Shown here one piece after another: positions 1 through 11,125 of a DNA stretch of 64,000 nucleotides. Location of the stretch: contig NC_045138.2 in the NCBI RefSeq assembly GCF_008831285.2, positions 13,950,001 to 14,014,000 on the forward strand, written 5' to 3'. The position numbers were made by a program, and so were the translations under genes. The DNA comes from Nymphaea colorata. Its lineage: Eukaryota. How positions within the stretch are numbered: the first letter of the stretch is position 1; each line of letters begins with the position of its first letter. The notes beneath the pieces are model-generated. The model saw nothing but the letters and a program-made list of their open reading frames with translations. It was not told the origin of the DNA and did not search any database.

Positions 1-176
1 GAATGCGATTTTTGTGAATCTTGCTCTTTATTATATACAAATAGATTGTTGAGATTCTAACGGTTCAGTTTATTTCTCATTATTGAATATTTATTATTGA
101 ACATTTATGAAATGAAAAAGTTAGGCGCAGAAGTTAGGTCGTGCATGCCCACTTTTATGGCATGTCAAATTCAATA

Positions 177-216
<40 letters not shown>

Positions 217-1945
217 GTTTTGGTTGGGAATTTATTTTGAAAGGGAAAAGGAAACGACAACCAGTTCTTCATGAATTAATGCATATATAACGACTTCACT
301 TCTGCTCACATTTTATCAGTCTTCCGGCAATGCACGTTGTCACTTAAAATCGTCGGCCTAAAGTGACCCACCTGACCAAGCGATCAGAACATTGCAACAT
401 GCATTATTTAAGACTGTGACAGAGGGAAAATATTTTTTAATTATTTAAAAATATTTTTTAATTTTTTAAAAATAATTAACCCGTCCCAAATATTAAATTC
501 CTGATGAGGAAAATGGGCGTGTGCGGATCCTGCTGCTTTTATAATAAATGCCGCCGGACTTTGATATTTTCCACACTAGCAAATTTAAAAAAAAATAAGA
601 AAAAAAAAGGTTGGGATGAAATTCTGTCATTCTGCAATCTGGGCTTCTCCTCACATACATTAAATTTGAGGTCTTAAAATCTCGGGTCCTAAGATTTCGT
701 ATCCAATATTTTGCTTGAAAGATTTTCAAGTCAGACCCTCCTTCCCCCTACTTGAATTCCATGAATTTGAAGCATATTAAAGATTTTGATTAATCCATGC
801 TTCGATTCAAATTTCCTAAAACAATTAATTTAAAATGGTCTTCATGTTTCACTCATTTAGAGTAAAAAATGAAAATATATTAGTTTAAAAACAATCATAG
901 AGATCTGTGTACAGTTGGATACGACCAGTACTTAATTGTTAGCCGTGAGGAGGAGTTGCCATGGCTGACTTCCGGCGCTCCGGGCACCGTGCAGCTCAAC
1001 TCAGTATTTATAACGCGTGCACCATTCATTCAAGTGAAGCTGGCTGTTCACCAACTGCAATTACTTGGAAGCACAGCCACCACATGCAGCCGGCCATCAA
1101 CTGGCTCGGACCAATTATTGCCGGTAGCCGGTATGAGAGAAATCAACACACGATGGATTAGCCCACGGTGGGTCATGGACTCCTTCCCTGGCCAGCCAAC
1201 TTGGTCCGTCCTTCTCACGCCCATCGTTTTCTTCGTTTGAAATTGTCTAGCTCTTTCCACTTAACGTTTTTTTTACTTATCATGGATTACAACAGTTTAC
1301 AATACAGGTGCAAGAATGACATCCATGAACATTATCAATTTATCATCTCTCTTTGGCCACATGCATCCATGCATGCAGATATAATGGTAGCAACTTCTTG
1401 ATGAATCCTAATCAATCTTATAATTGAATTCATAAAATGTTGCAAATTTTTGGATAAATGAGAACATGAGACGCAAGTAAATAGACTCGTTTAAAAATCT
1501 CCATTACTTGACTTCTCATTGCAATACAAGTCCTTCCGGTAAACTTTTTGTACTAAGTGATGTTACTTCACAATGATTGATTTCCACAATCATGTTAATC
1601 TTCATGAGGGTCACAGCATTCATGGCTTGCAGTTGAACAGGACCTATCAACACGGATTAAACAAGTATGCTAGCCGAGCCCGGCCATATGCGTCTCAATC
1701 AATACGACCCACGAGACGAAATAATTTGGCCAATTATACTGAATTGATGTCATTTTCAAAAAGTTAAGACGAAAACTTGTTTTGAAAATGACTTCAAACC
1801 CAAGTGAATCGGGGGTTCAGATTCGAGTCGTTCCATCAGATAATATCCAAAGACATTTTCGTTATCATCACAGCAAAGTTTGGAGAGCAAAAGTATATTC
1901 GAAGACGGGAAGGCAATAAGCGAGAGTAGTGACCGTAGTTTCAGT

Positions 1946-2003
1946 ATTTTAGTCCTGTATCGATCAGCGCGTGCAATTCGGAGTGCCACTGCCCGCTATA
2001 AAA
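1946..2003 (+). promoter_or_regulatory. Pol II-type snRNA promoter of U4 (USE-like element + TATA)
   Basis: GTCCTGTATCG at 1952-1962 (plant USE consensus RTCCCACATCG), then 34 nt, then TATAAAA at 1997-2003. The RNA starts 34 nt after the TATA start. This spacing is typical of Pol II snRNA genes. Confidence 0.8.
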
Positions 2004-2030
2004 TAGAGACTAAGGGTACTGTGTGAATTT

Positions 2031-2186
2031 ATCTTTGCGCTTGGGGCAATGACGCAGCTCATGAGGTTTTACCGAGGCGCGTCAATTGCTGGTTGAAAAC
2101 TATTTCCAAACCCCCTCCAAGGCCTGGGCCAGACCCTGGCCTTGGAGAATTTCTGGAAGGGTCCCCTTCTCTAAGGGTAAGCCCTA
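2031..2186 (+). ncRNA. U4: U4 spliceosomal snRNA
   Basis: Begins ATCTTTGCGCTTGGGGCAATGACGCAGCTCATGAGGTTTTACCGAGGCGCGTCAATTGCTGGTTGAAAACTATTTCCAAACCCCC, matching the plant U4 sequence as I recall it. It has the U6 stem II segment, the 5' stem-loop with kink-turn (GCT-CAT-GA...GA-GGC), stem I (TGCTGGTT), a central hairpin (CCAAGGCC...GGCCTTGG), the Sm site AATTTCTGG (2148-2156) and a 3' hairpin. The 3' end is approximate. Confidence 0.95.
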
Positions 2187-2435
2187 CAATCTCAAACTCA
2201 AACATAAGTTACTGTACGAAGTCAGGGTTGGTTGCTTTTGTGAAATTTGTAGGAAGCTCCGTGAGACCCTTCAATTTCTGGGGAAGGTTAAAGATACTTT
2301 CATGTCCTGTCCAAACTCGAAGGGAAAATAACATTTAGTCCATGTGTAATTTAAATTTTTGGATCTGGATCTGGTGTATTTCAATTTCTCAGATCAAAGG
2401 TACACACGAGGCTTAAATACTTTCGGTATGTCGGC

Positions 2436-2492
2436 ATTTTAGTCCTGTATCGATCAGCGCGTGGAACTTGGAGAGTCGGGCCCTCTATAAAA
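2436..2492 (+). promoter_or_regulatory. Second snRNA-type promoter (USE-like + TATA)
   Basis: 28 nt (2436-2463) are identical to 1946-1973. TATAAAA lies at 2486-2492, with a 33-nt USE-TATA gap. Confidence 0.75.
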
Positions 2493-2519
2493 TGGAGAAC
2501 CAAGGAGTTGAGGATAAGC

Positions 2520-2580
2520 ATCATTGCGCTTGTTCAATGACTCTGCTTGGGAGGTTAAACCGAAGCGCCGCAGAATGTCT
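2520..2580 (+). ncRNA. Diverged U4-like RNA or U4 pseudogene (only the 5' domain is recognisable)
   Basis: ATCATTGCGCTTGTTCAATGACTCTGCTTGGGAGGTTAAACCGAAGCGC aligns to the U4 5' domain at the same distance from the TATA. No stem I or Sm site is recognisable downstream, and the 3' end is unknown. Confidence 0.7.
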
Positions 2581-2747
2581 TAAAAGGTTCCTTTGTAAGG
2601 ATTAACTCTATAATGGCTTCATGTTCAAACTTTAGCTTACTGTACCAAATAAAGGTTATGTCTTGGGGATATTGTTTTGAATCGACCCTGACTCCTAAGG
2701 GAATCATCCATCGGACTCAGTGTCGTTTCTACTTCAGATCTGTATCT

Positions 2748-2880
2748 GAGGTACATCACACTGATCAGAAGTATGAAATAATGTAATCCAATAACATGGC
2801 AATTAAGAGGTACACCACACTGATCAGAAATATGAATCCAATTACATGGCAATTAAGAGGTACACCACACTGATCAGAAG
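2748..2880. repeat. Imperfect tandem repeat (~50-60 bp unit, ~2.4 copies)
   Basis: GAGGTACA(T/C)CACACTGATCAGAA occurs three times and CATGGCAATTAA twice. Confidence 0.8.
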
Positions 2881-3521
2881 AAATACGATTGCGTCTTTGT
2901 ATTTACCAGTCACTTCACTTCCATAAATAATCTCAACTATTTAATTTTTCTTATTTCTATATTCTAAACTTTTGGCTAACTTAAACTTTTAATCTTTCCG
3001 ATTGAAAATCAATTATTATTATTATGCCAATTATATGAACCTTTTCAGGACATGAATATATTAGTACCAATAGATTAGATTTGCATGATTCGGTTGAATT
3101 CAGATATAGCAACCGTTCAGATGTCCTGGATTGGATCCAACCAACAAGATATATTGACCCGGTCACGCTTCATATCGAACGAAAGAAATTCCTTTTCTGC
3201 TTTTCTTATGCTGAAATTTTGCATCTTTAGCAGGACGTGAAAATTTATTTAGCTATTCTCAGTGCCACATTGTAATCATCGGACACTATGGCCCCCGCTT
3301 AAATATTTCTTTTGAAAACTTCCATTAGATCCAAATTCTTCTGAGTTGGATATGGTTCCAATCCAATTTTGGAGTATTGTTCAAAAAATAGTTTGGACCG
3401 AGTACATGTTTTACGAATCATGGTTAATGTTAAATTCAATTCACAACCTTCTTTTCGTTATTAGATGTTTGTTTTCATCTCATTCTTTTTATAGTTTTTC
3501 GTCGGATACCAATTGCAGAAA

Positions 3522-5285
3522 ATGTATAAAGTCAAAGAGTTTTTTTTTTTGATCGGGCTCTTGTGGATGAGTCTTGCTAATTTTCTATCTGCAAGCCAGA
3601 GATGTATTCAGGATTCGATGATCATTCATCATCGTGTAGTTTCCCATTTGCAAAGATGTTCGAGGTTATCAGAATTGAAAGCGGTTCATGCAACCGTCGT
3701 CAAAGGCGATCTCTGCAACGATGGACGTGTTGCAACCCAGCTTCTTGGTGCTTGTTCTTCAGTTGGGATGATGGATTATGCGGTTTTGATCTTTGCCCAT
3801 ATCAGGAAACCTGAAGTCTATGCCTGGAATGTGATGATCAGAGGGTTCGATCGTTGCGCTTTGCCGGGGGATGCCGTTCGCTTCTACGGTGATATGTTGA
3901 AGTCCGGCGTTCGGCCGACGAGTTTCACGTTCTCTTCGGTGATCAAGGCGTGTAGCCGGTCGTCGTCGTTGAGATTGGGAGAGGAGATTCATGGGCATGT
4001 TTTCAAAGGAGGTTTTGGTTCGGAGGTATTTGTCCAGACCTCTTTGGTTGATTTCTACTCGAATTTGGGGGAGATTAACCGTGCACGTAAGGTGTTTGAT
4101 GAAATGACTCTGAGAGATGCGGTTGCTTGGACTGCCATGATTGCAGGTCACGCGAAGGCCGGAGACGTGGAATCGGCAAGGAAGCTCTTTGAACTGATGT
4201 CGGAGAAGAGCACGGTTTCATGGAACACCATGATTGCTGCATATGCTAGGTCGGGTGATGTAGATGCTGCTGCATCCTTGTTCGATTCAATGACTAACAA
4301 GGATTTGGTTTCTTGGACCTCCATGATTTACTGCTATGCTCAGAACAGGTGTTTTAAGAAGGCTGTAATGGAATTTGAGAGGATGCAGATGGCTGGTGTC
4401 GATCCTGATGAAGTCACACTGTCGACTGTGATATCAGCTTGCGCTCACCTGGGAGCTCTTGAAATAGGGAAGAAAATACATTTTTTCATATCGCAGCATG
4501 AACAAATTTTTTTAGATGTTTATATAGGGTCTGCATTGATCGACATGTATGCAAAGTGTGGGAGCATTGAGAGAGCTTTGTTGGTTTTCTTCAAATTACA
4601 CGAGAAGAATCTCTTTTGTTGGAACTCTTTGGTTGAGGGCCTTGCCATGCATGGGTATGCTGTTGAAGCAATAGCTTTGTTTAGAAGGATGGAGATGGAG
4701 AAGAAGGTGATACCAAATGGAGTTACCTTTGTTAGCGTCCTTAGTGCTTGTGCTCATGCTGGATTAGTGGACGTTGGTCGTGAAGTTTTCTCAAGGATGA
4801 CTCGCATCTATGCCATCAAACCAGAGATTGAGCACCACGGTTGCATGGTTGATCTTCTTAGTCGTGCTGGTTACCTAGAAGATGCAATGGCTTTGATAAA
4901 TGACATGAATATGAAGCCAAATGCAGTGATCTGGGGAGCTTTGCTGGGTGGATGCAGGACTCATGGAAATGTTGAACTTGGTGAAGTTGCTGTGAAGAAC
5001 CTGATCATATTGGAACCTCTTAACAGCGGCTACCATGTCTTGTTGGCTAATATGTATGCCAAAACCAACAGGTGGACTGATGTAGCAAAAGTGAGGGGGA
5101 TGATGAAAGGGAAAGGAGTTCAGAAGAGTCCTGGATACAGTTCAATTATGGTGAATGGGGTGGCTCATGAGTTTCTTTCCTTTGATGATGTGCACCCAAA
5201 GTGTGAGGAGATCTATGAGTTACTGGAAGAATTGGGACTGCAATTGCGGCTTGCTGGATATGTACCTGATCTTGGTCTCACGTGA
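3522..5285 (+). CDS. PLS-class pentatricopeptide repeat protein with E/E+ domain, no DYW (resembles Arabidopsis At1g06143-type)
   Basis: Intronless ~588-codon ORF with P/L/S motifs (ARKVFDEM..RDAVAWTAMI, SALIDMYAKCGSIERA, PNGVTFVSVLSACAHAGLV) and an E domain (PNAVIWGALLGGCRTHGN...KSPGYSSI), ending AGYVPD. The first ATG is at 3522, but a later ATG may be used. Confidence 0.95.
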   Translation: MYKVKEFFFLIGLLWMSLANFLSASQRCIQDSMIIHHRVVSHLQRCSRLSELKAVHATVVKGDLCNDGRVATQLLGACSSVGMMDYAVLIFAHIRKPEVYAWNVMIRGFDRCALPGDAVRFYGDMLKSGVRPTSFTFSSVIKACSRSSSLRLGEEIHGHVFKGGFGSEVFVQTSLVDFYSNLGEINRARKVFDEMTLRDAVAWTAMIAGHAKAGDVESARKLFELMSEKSTVSWNTMIAAYARSGDVDAAASLFDSMTNKDLVSWTSMIYCYAQNRCFKKAVMEFERMQMAGVDPDEVTLSTVISACAHLGALEIGKKIHFFISQHEQIFLDVYIGSALIDMYAKCGSIERALLVFFKLHEKNLFCWNSLVEGLAMHGYAVEAIALFRRMEMEKKVIPNGVTFVSVLSACAHAGLVDVGREVFSRMTRIYAIKPEIEHHGCMVDLLSRAGYLEDAMALINDMNMKPNAVIWGALLGGCRTHGNVELGEVAVKNLIILEPLNSGYHVLLANMYAKTNRWTDVAKVRGMMKGKGVQKSPGYSSIMVNGVAHEFLSFDDVHPKCEEIYELLEELGLQLRLAGYVPDLGLT

Positions 5286-6117
5286 CATTTGAGGAGAACA
5301 GTACCTGTTCGTTTTTATTTCTATGGCAGGGGAAGAACTGCTTTCCGGAGAGATGGCATTGTAGAATCTCAAAGCTTTTCCAGGAAGGTGACATGCAATG
5401 CACATACCTGACGCTGACCAACCTTATGCTGGAAGTTTGCTGATAATAGTGACATGGAAACTATGGACGTGAAGAAAGAGATGGCAGGAATTCATTTGTT
5501 TAACAATGGAGATGTAGCGACATGAAGTGTACTGTATTTTTTGGAAGAAGATGGTTTTAAGCATGATTAGAGATTCCAAGTACTCGGCCTCCATATGGAA
5601 GTGCCGCGGGCATATAGGGTTTTGGCAAGTCAGGAGAGATTGTTCTATAACCGGAGTAACGTATTGCTTTGGGGTACTGGGAAGGTGGCTTGCTGCTTAC
5701 ATCTTACTCGCTGCGGCATGATAACATGCCAAAATTTACATTCTTGACGAGGTGGTTCTGTTGGATATATGTGAAATTATTTATTTCATTACTAATCAGT
5801 TGCGAGCTCTGCAATATTTTTCTTTGTCTGGATGGAAACTTCATATGACCTTGGTGTCCTAAAGTAAATTATCCATACACAGAGCATCATTGAGAGGATC
5901 AATTTTAACTCTTCAGTTATTTTGAATACTACATCAGCAATCTCATACCACAAGTGGAAAGGTGATGAAAGATACTGTACAATGTTGAAAAAGGTGTAAC
6001 TTAACATGTATCGGTTAAGCTTATAGTTAGATACACAACGCTAGAACTCGTCAAATTATTTTTCATGATCAATAAATCAAAAAATTAACAAATTAAAATA
6101 TTAAAGTCGTCATTGTA

Positions 6118-6482
6118 AAGCGGTAGTATCACAATTGAATGGTGCCCGTTCTCGAAAGGTATCTTTCATTAGGAAAAATTTTAAATAGTTTTAATTATAA
6201 GTAAAAAAAGTATACCTCAAAAAGAAAAGATTGTTTTCTTCAATAATTGAGGTTCGTCGAATACGCTTGCCTGAAAATATGAAGACTATAAAACTTGTCT
6301 ACATATTATAATTTATAAAATTTGTTGCTTGGGTCGATTTAAAAAGTTTAGTTTACACGTGACAAAACGCTGATAAGTGTTGAACCATACGAATGGAAGA
6401 ATTTGTCTCCCTCACGTTTCTTATTGGCCGAAACAATAAGAACTAATAGGAGCTAGTGCACATTATACAATGACGTGACATT
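6118..6482. repeat. Duplicated segment A (copy 1)
   Basis: Highly similar to 10752-11125 (AAGCGGT.GTATCACAATTGAATGGTGCCCGT ... CAATGACGTGACATT). Confidence 0.9.
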
Positions 6483-6494
6483 TTGGCAATGCTA

Positions 6495-6864
6495 ATTACG
6501 GATTAAAAAATTTAATATCTGATTAAAGAGTCGGATCGGATTCGGATTTGAGCAGTGACATCTGATTGAATTCAGACATACATGATTATATGATGGGATT
6601 TAGATATGGATTTGGATTAGATTTATTTTTAAACCAATATCATATATCTAATTCTTGAATGTAGGCCAAATTCGGCTACAAATTTGGATTGGGGTGTTTA
6701 CATAAAAAATTGGATTAGGATTGTCAAATCGGATTTTGAATTCGGATATGATTTTTCTTTGTTCGTATTTGGATCTGAATTTGAATCTGAGTATGTTAAC
6801 ATCCAATAAAATGGATACTATCAAGGCTATATATCGCATTCGAATCCGATCTGTTGACATCTCT
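6495..6864. mobile_element. Truncated hAT-like MITE (GGAT/TTGGAT-rich family)
   Basis: Ends in TTGACATCTCTA, like the right end of the 7329-7758 element, and shares its internal TTCGGAT/TTGGAT repeats. Confidence 0.55.
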
Positions 6865-7030
6865 AGATTAAGGACATCAAAGATCAACAAATAATATTGC
6901 ACAGAGAAATTGGGATAGTAATTATTTTCAAAAGGCATGATCAAGGTGGACATGATTTCCAATAAAAAAATTATGAGAAATTTATTTAGCATAAAATCAG
7001 TTAAATTGTTTGTCACCACCTTGAGAGCGT

Positions 7031-7067
<37 letters not shown>

Positions 7068-7328
7068 ATCTTTTTCTTACCATAAAACTTTGGAGGCTAA
7101 CTTAGAGACTACTTCCTTTTGTGTGTGTGTATAATTAAACTTTAATGAGATTCACTTTTATCTTACCTAGGTAGGCCGTCCACAGCACAACTTGTGCTAC
7201 TATTCACAAATCTAATTGAATAAGAACTAAAACCCCTCTCTTTTCCCTCGCCAATAAGGCACAAAGTTGCATCTGTGTTTGACGTAGCGACAACACTCTT
7301 AATTAGGTACCTCACTTCACCTCATAAG

Positions 7329-7758
7329 TAGGGCTGTCAATGTATTGTATTTGATTTGGATTAAATGTCCAATAGAACTATTCCGAAAAAATTAGATATG
7401 AAGGAAAATTTAATATCTGATTAAAAAATGTATCATATTTGGATTTAAAAAATGACATCTGATTGGATTCAAATATAAATAAATATCCTATAGATATGGA
7501 TTCATATCAAATTATTTATTTTTAAACATGTATCCCATATTCTATACTCTTACATTTTTAAAGTTGGTCAAATTCGATTCAAAATTCAGATTTAGATATA
7601 AGTGTATATTTCGGACTCGAAGTATGAAATTGGATTTTGGCATCGAATTCAGATGCGACTTTTCTTAGTTCTTATTAGAATGCACGTTTGTGAATATCCA
7701 CAAAAGCGAATACGGTTAAGGGTAAATTAGAGTTGAATCCGATCAATTGACATTCCTA
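7329..7758. mobile_element. hAT-like MITE
   Basis: Terminal inverted repeats TAGGGCTGTCAA / TTGACATTCCTA, flanked by an imperfect 8-bp TSD CTCATAAG / CTCATACA. Confidence 0.7.
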
Positions 7759-7863
7759 CTCATACACCAAAGAGATATTATGCTGGCTAATAATGAAAGA
7801 CCTCCTTCACCAAAAGCTTAAACAACTAAGTTAAGCCCTTTAGGACAATGTAAAACTAAAAGA

Positions 7864-8046
7864 TAATTTATGAATATTTTTCATTTAGGAATGAAATCTT
7901 TTTAAAATTAGAAATGAAAGGGTAAGAATAGAATATAATTTATGAATCTTTTCATTTAGGAAAAAAAACTTATTACAACTCGGAAATAAAAAATATAGGA
8001 TTAAAAAATAATTTATTAATATTTCATTTAGGAAAGAAATCTTATT
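7864..8046. repeat. Degenerate ~75-bp tandem repeat, 3 copies
   Basis: TAATTTAT(G/T)AAT...TTTCATTTAGGAA occurs three times. Confidence 0.6.
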
Positions 8047-9301
8047 GACAATTGAAATTCAAGAAGCTGGTAATACATATATAAAATGGAAAATCCACCT
8101 CAGGCGCCACCACTATTTGTGGGGATGTTAAAGAATCCCAAGCTTCTTTGGGCATTCATTCATAGATCTACTCCATTCTCCCTTTAAATATTATATTTAA
8201 AGTGTTTTTTGAAATATAACCTAAGCAATGTGATCTTAAAGATAGGTTGATGTACAACATATAGTACATCGATTATTTTTTTGGTTTTAATAGTGTTTTA
8301 TAATAAGAAAAAATGAATGGCTCTCAAAGCATCAAAATTTTGGCAAAAAAAAATTTCGTAAAAACAACTAGATTCAAAACATGCTTTATATCAAAATAAT
8401 TTTCATAAATATATTAGGATGTTTATCTTTTATTTAAGATAACTTTTTAGCAAAATATAAAAGGGTTTGACAATTGTACTCCTGTCTATGGTGAGGCGGC
8501 CATCCAGTTTAATCGGGTCTGGTTTCTTTCATGTAGTAACCGGTGTTGGAGTTTAACTCAGCCTGAAGCTAGCCTTGGATTGTTTGTGGCATTTACAGTT
8601 TGTTCCCAACGACGGGCAAGATCATGTGTAGCTTATACGAAGCGAGTATGCAAAGTACTCGGAGGACATAAATATGGTTGGTAGGTTTTATGTGCATAAT
8701 TTTGGAATCAAAATGAAAGCCTAAAGGTGCAATCTGTTGGATTCCTTGGAAGCCATATCAGGATGAAGACTGTGTGTTACCCCCATTCTTTAGGTTGTAG
8801 AAGTAGAGAACAAATTAGACATCATCTAACAAGGCAGGAGGAAATCTTGAACAATTCAGGGGCTCAGTCGTATAATAGTGTGATATTCTTGGCAAAAAAG
8901 CATGAGATGAAAGATGCAAAAGATCATCTTAAAATGAAATACAAGCCTATGGTTCCATTCATGTTGTTGCTGGAGGAACATGTTTCTCTTTTTAGTTTTA
9001 ATAGATAATAAATGGATACTCTGCCTGAATTTCCTATAATGGTGCTGAAGTAGTTTATCCATCAATGGCATTACGACTTAAAAGATGCTATGGTATCTAT
9101 AAGCTTGACTGCAATAAAGAACAACCATGGTCCAGGAAAGCTGTGAACTAATAATAAAAGGATATGTTGGCTAAAGTAGAGATATTGCTTGCAAAAGGTA
9201 TGGGTTTGCAATTAAGCTGGATTATCTGCTTGATTTTCTATCTTACTTAAAAATCAAAAGAGAAATTGGTCCTTGGCTACAGGTATATTCCATAAATCCC
9301 T

Positions 9302-9327
9302 TGTGTGTGTGTGTGTGTGTGTGTGTG
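9302..9327. repeat. (TG)n microsatellite
   Basis: Read directly from the sequence. Confidence 0.9.
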
Positions 9328-9373
9328 CGTGCAGTGCTCACTTGTAAGTTCCTTGAGCAACCGTGTGGGACTC

Positions 9374-9772
9374 ATGAATTTTCTCCCTTAAATATGGAAA
9401 GAAAATGACTCGTTACTGGTTTATTTTTCAGTTGTCTACCACAGATCTAGAGGTAAAGGAGAGGTGGTTCAACTAACTAGTCAATATATAGATACAGTCG
9501 ATAGAAACTAGCAGTGAACTATACTAACTTCTTTGCTGATTCACATAAAGAATACTGCTCTTACTAGCAATGCGGACGTTAGTAAACCGGGTGGTAAGAG
9601 CAAAGAAGTTAGTAAAGCCCTCGTATAGTTCACTGCTAGTTTCTTTCAGCTGTATCTATATATTGACTAGTTAGTTGAACCACCTCTCCTTAGCTCTAGA
9701 TCAGTGGTAGACAACTGAAAAATAAGCCAGTAATGAGTCATTTTCTTTCCATATTTAAGGGAGAAAATTCAT
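9374..9772. repeat. Long imperfect inverted repeat (foldback, ~165-bp arms)
   Basis: 9374-~9537 (ATGAATTTTCTCCCTTAAATATGGAAAG...CTAACTTCTTTGCT) is the reverse complement of ~9599-9772 (AGCAAAGAAGTTAG...CTTTCCATATTTAAGGGAGAAAATTCAT), with a few mismatches and bulges. Confidence 0.95.
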
Positions 9773-9773
9773 T

Positions 9774-10417
9774 GGTTTCCCTCTCTCTCTTTCTTTACGA
9801 TTGAGCTCACTGCTGTGAGAGAACTCTCTAGCATATCCTGGAATCTTGCCAAATCCTTGCCGCCTTTTCTTCAGCGACGGTGCTCGAGCATCCCGTATTC
9901 ATCAGTCAGGAGAGGAGCAACTGCCAACAGCGGAATCGACCTCATCGGAACCACACTAGCCATCTTCTTCGCTTTCTCTACGCCATCTTGTTTTCTTTTC
10001 TTTTCTTTCGTTCGGACATGTGTTCTTTTGCGTTGCTTTGAAAATATTCTTTGGAATCGTGGTGAATTTGCAGTCTTCATTAGCTTGCGTCGGTCTCCTG
10101 AAGACGTGAGATACGATTTCAAGGTTCTTGATTAAGTTTATGAAGTAGGGAAATAGTTGAATTCTTGATATTTGGGCTGTCTGTAGTGGAACAGGCAGTT
10201 TCCCTTTTTTATTTTCAATCGACTGCTCAGTAAACGATTTCCAGGAATTGAATTCGATCTTTCTGTTTCTCTTTCGAAGTTTTTTTTTCTCTTTTTGTCC
10301 CGTAATGTCCAAGTGAAGCGTTTGTTTCCGGTGTCAGATTTTATGAATCTTTGAGTTCTTTTCCAGTCTTTTTTTTTTTAATGTTTTTTCCATTCGCATC
10401 GGTTATTTTCTCTTCCG
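9774..10417 (+). repeat. Duplicated segment B (copy of the UGT80B1 5' leader exon and start of intron)
   Basis: Highly similar to 11947-12616, including the CT-rich start and the putative donor (TTCAAG/GTTCTT here, TTCAAG/GTACTT in the other copy). Confidence 0.9.
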
Positions 10418-10751
10418 GCTTAAACAAGGAACCATGAATGGCAACTATTTAACAACCGTCTTTGTAAGTCTCCCGACAATCTTGGAACTAAATTTCAAAA
10501 GCGGGGCATTACATAAATGGTTTGAATGTTTACGGGGTTTCAGTTGGATGCTGGATTCGGATTCATAATTGATTATGAAGTTGCTTAGCAATTAAATCTG
10601 CATTCCATCAATAATAATAACATCCAGATTTTTTTATTTGATCCAAGGAGTGATTCTTGGTCCATAGTTAGCCATTTTCGAGTCAATCCGTTAACTTGAT
10701 GGCTCAATCAACTGATCTTAGTCGGAATCACAGGTTTGTCAACTATGCCAT

Positions 10752-11125
10752 AAGCGGTGGTATCACAATTGAATGGTGCCCGTCCACTCAAAAGGTATCT
10801 TCCATTAGAAAAAAATTTAAATAGTTTTAATTATAAGTAAAAAAGTATACCCCAAAAAAAGAAAAGATTGTTTTTCTTCAATAATTGAGGTTCTTCAAAT
10901 ACGCTTGCCAGAAAATCTGAAGACTATAAAACATGTCTACATCAATATAATTTATAAAACTTTGTTGCTTGTGTCGGTTTAAAAAGGTTAATTTACACGT
11001 GACTAAACGCTGATAAGTGTTGAACCATACGAATGGAAGAATGTATCTCCCCCACATTTCTTATTGGCCGCAACATGAAGAAGAACTGATGGGAGCTAGT
11101 GCACATTATGCAATGACGTGACATT
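10752..11125. repeat. Duplicated segment A (copy 2, UGT80B1 upstream region)
   Basis: Paralogous to 6118-6482. Confidence 0.9.

Noticed and set aside
2086..2338. 81-aa ORFs overlapping U4
   Set aside because: They have non-ATG starts and overlap a structural RNA.
2520..2700. U4atac as the identity of the second snRNA-like unit
   Set aside because: It aligns with the adjacent major U4 5' end and not with the plant U4atac sequence as I recall it.
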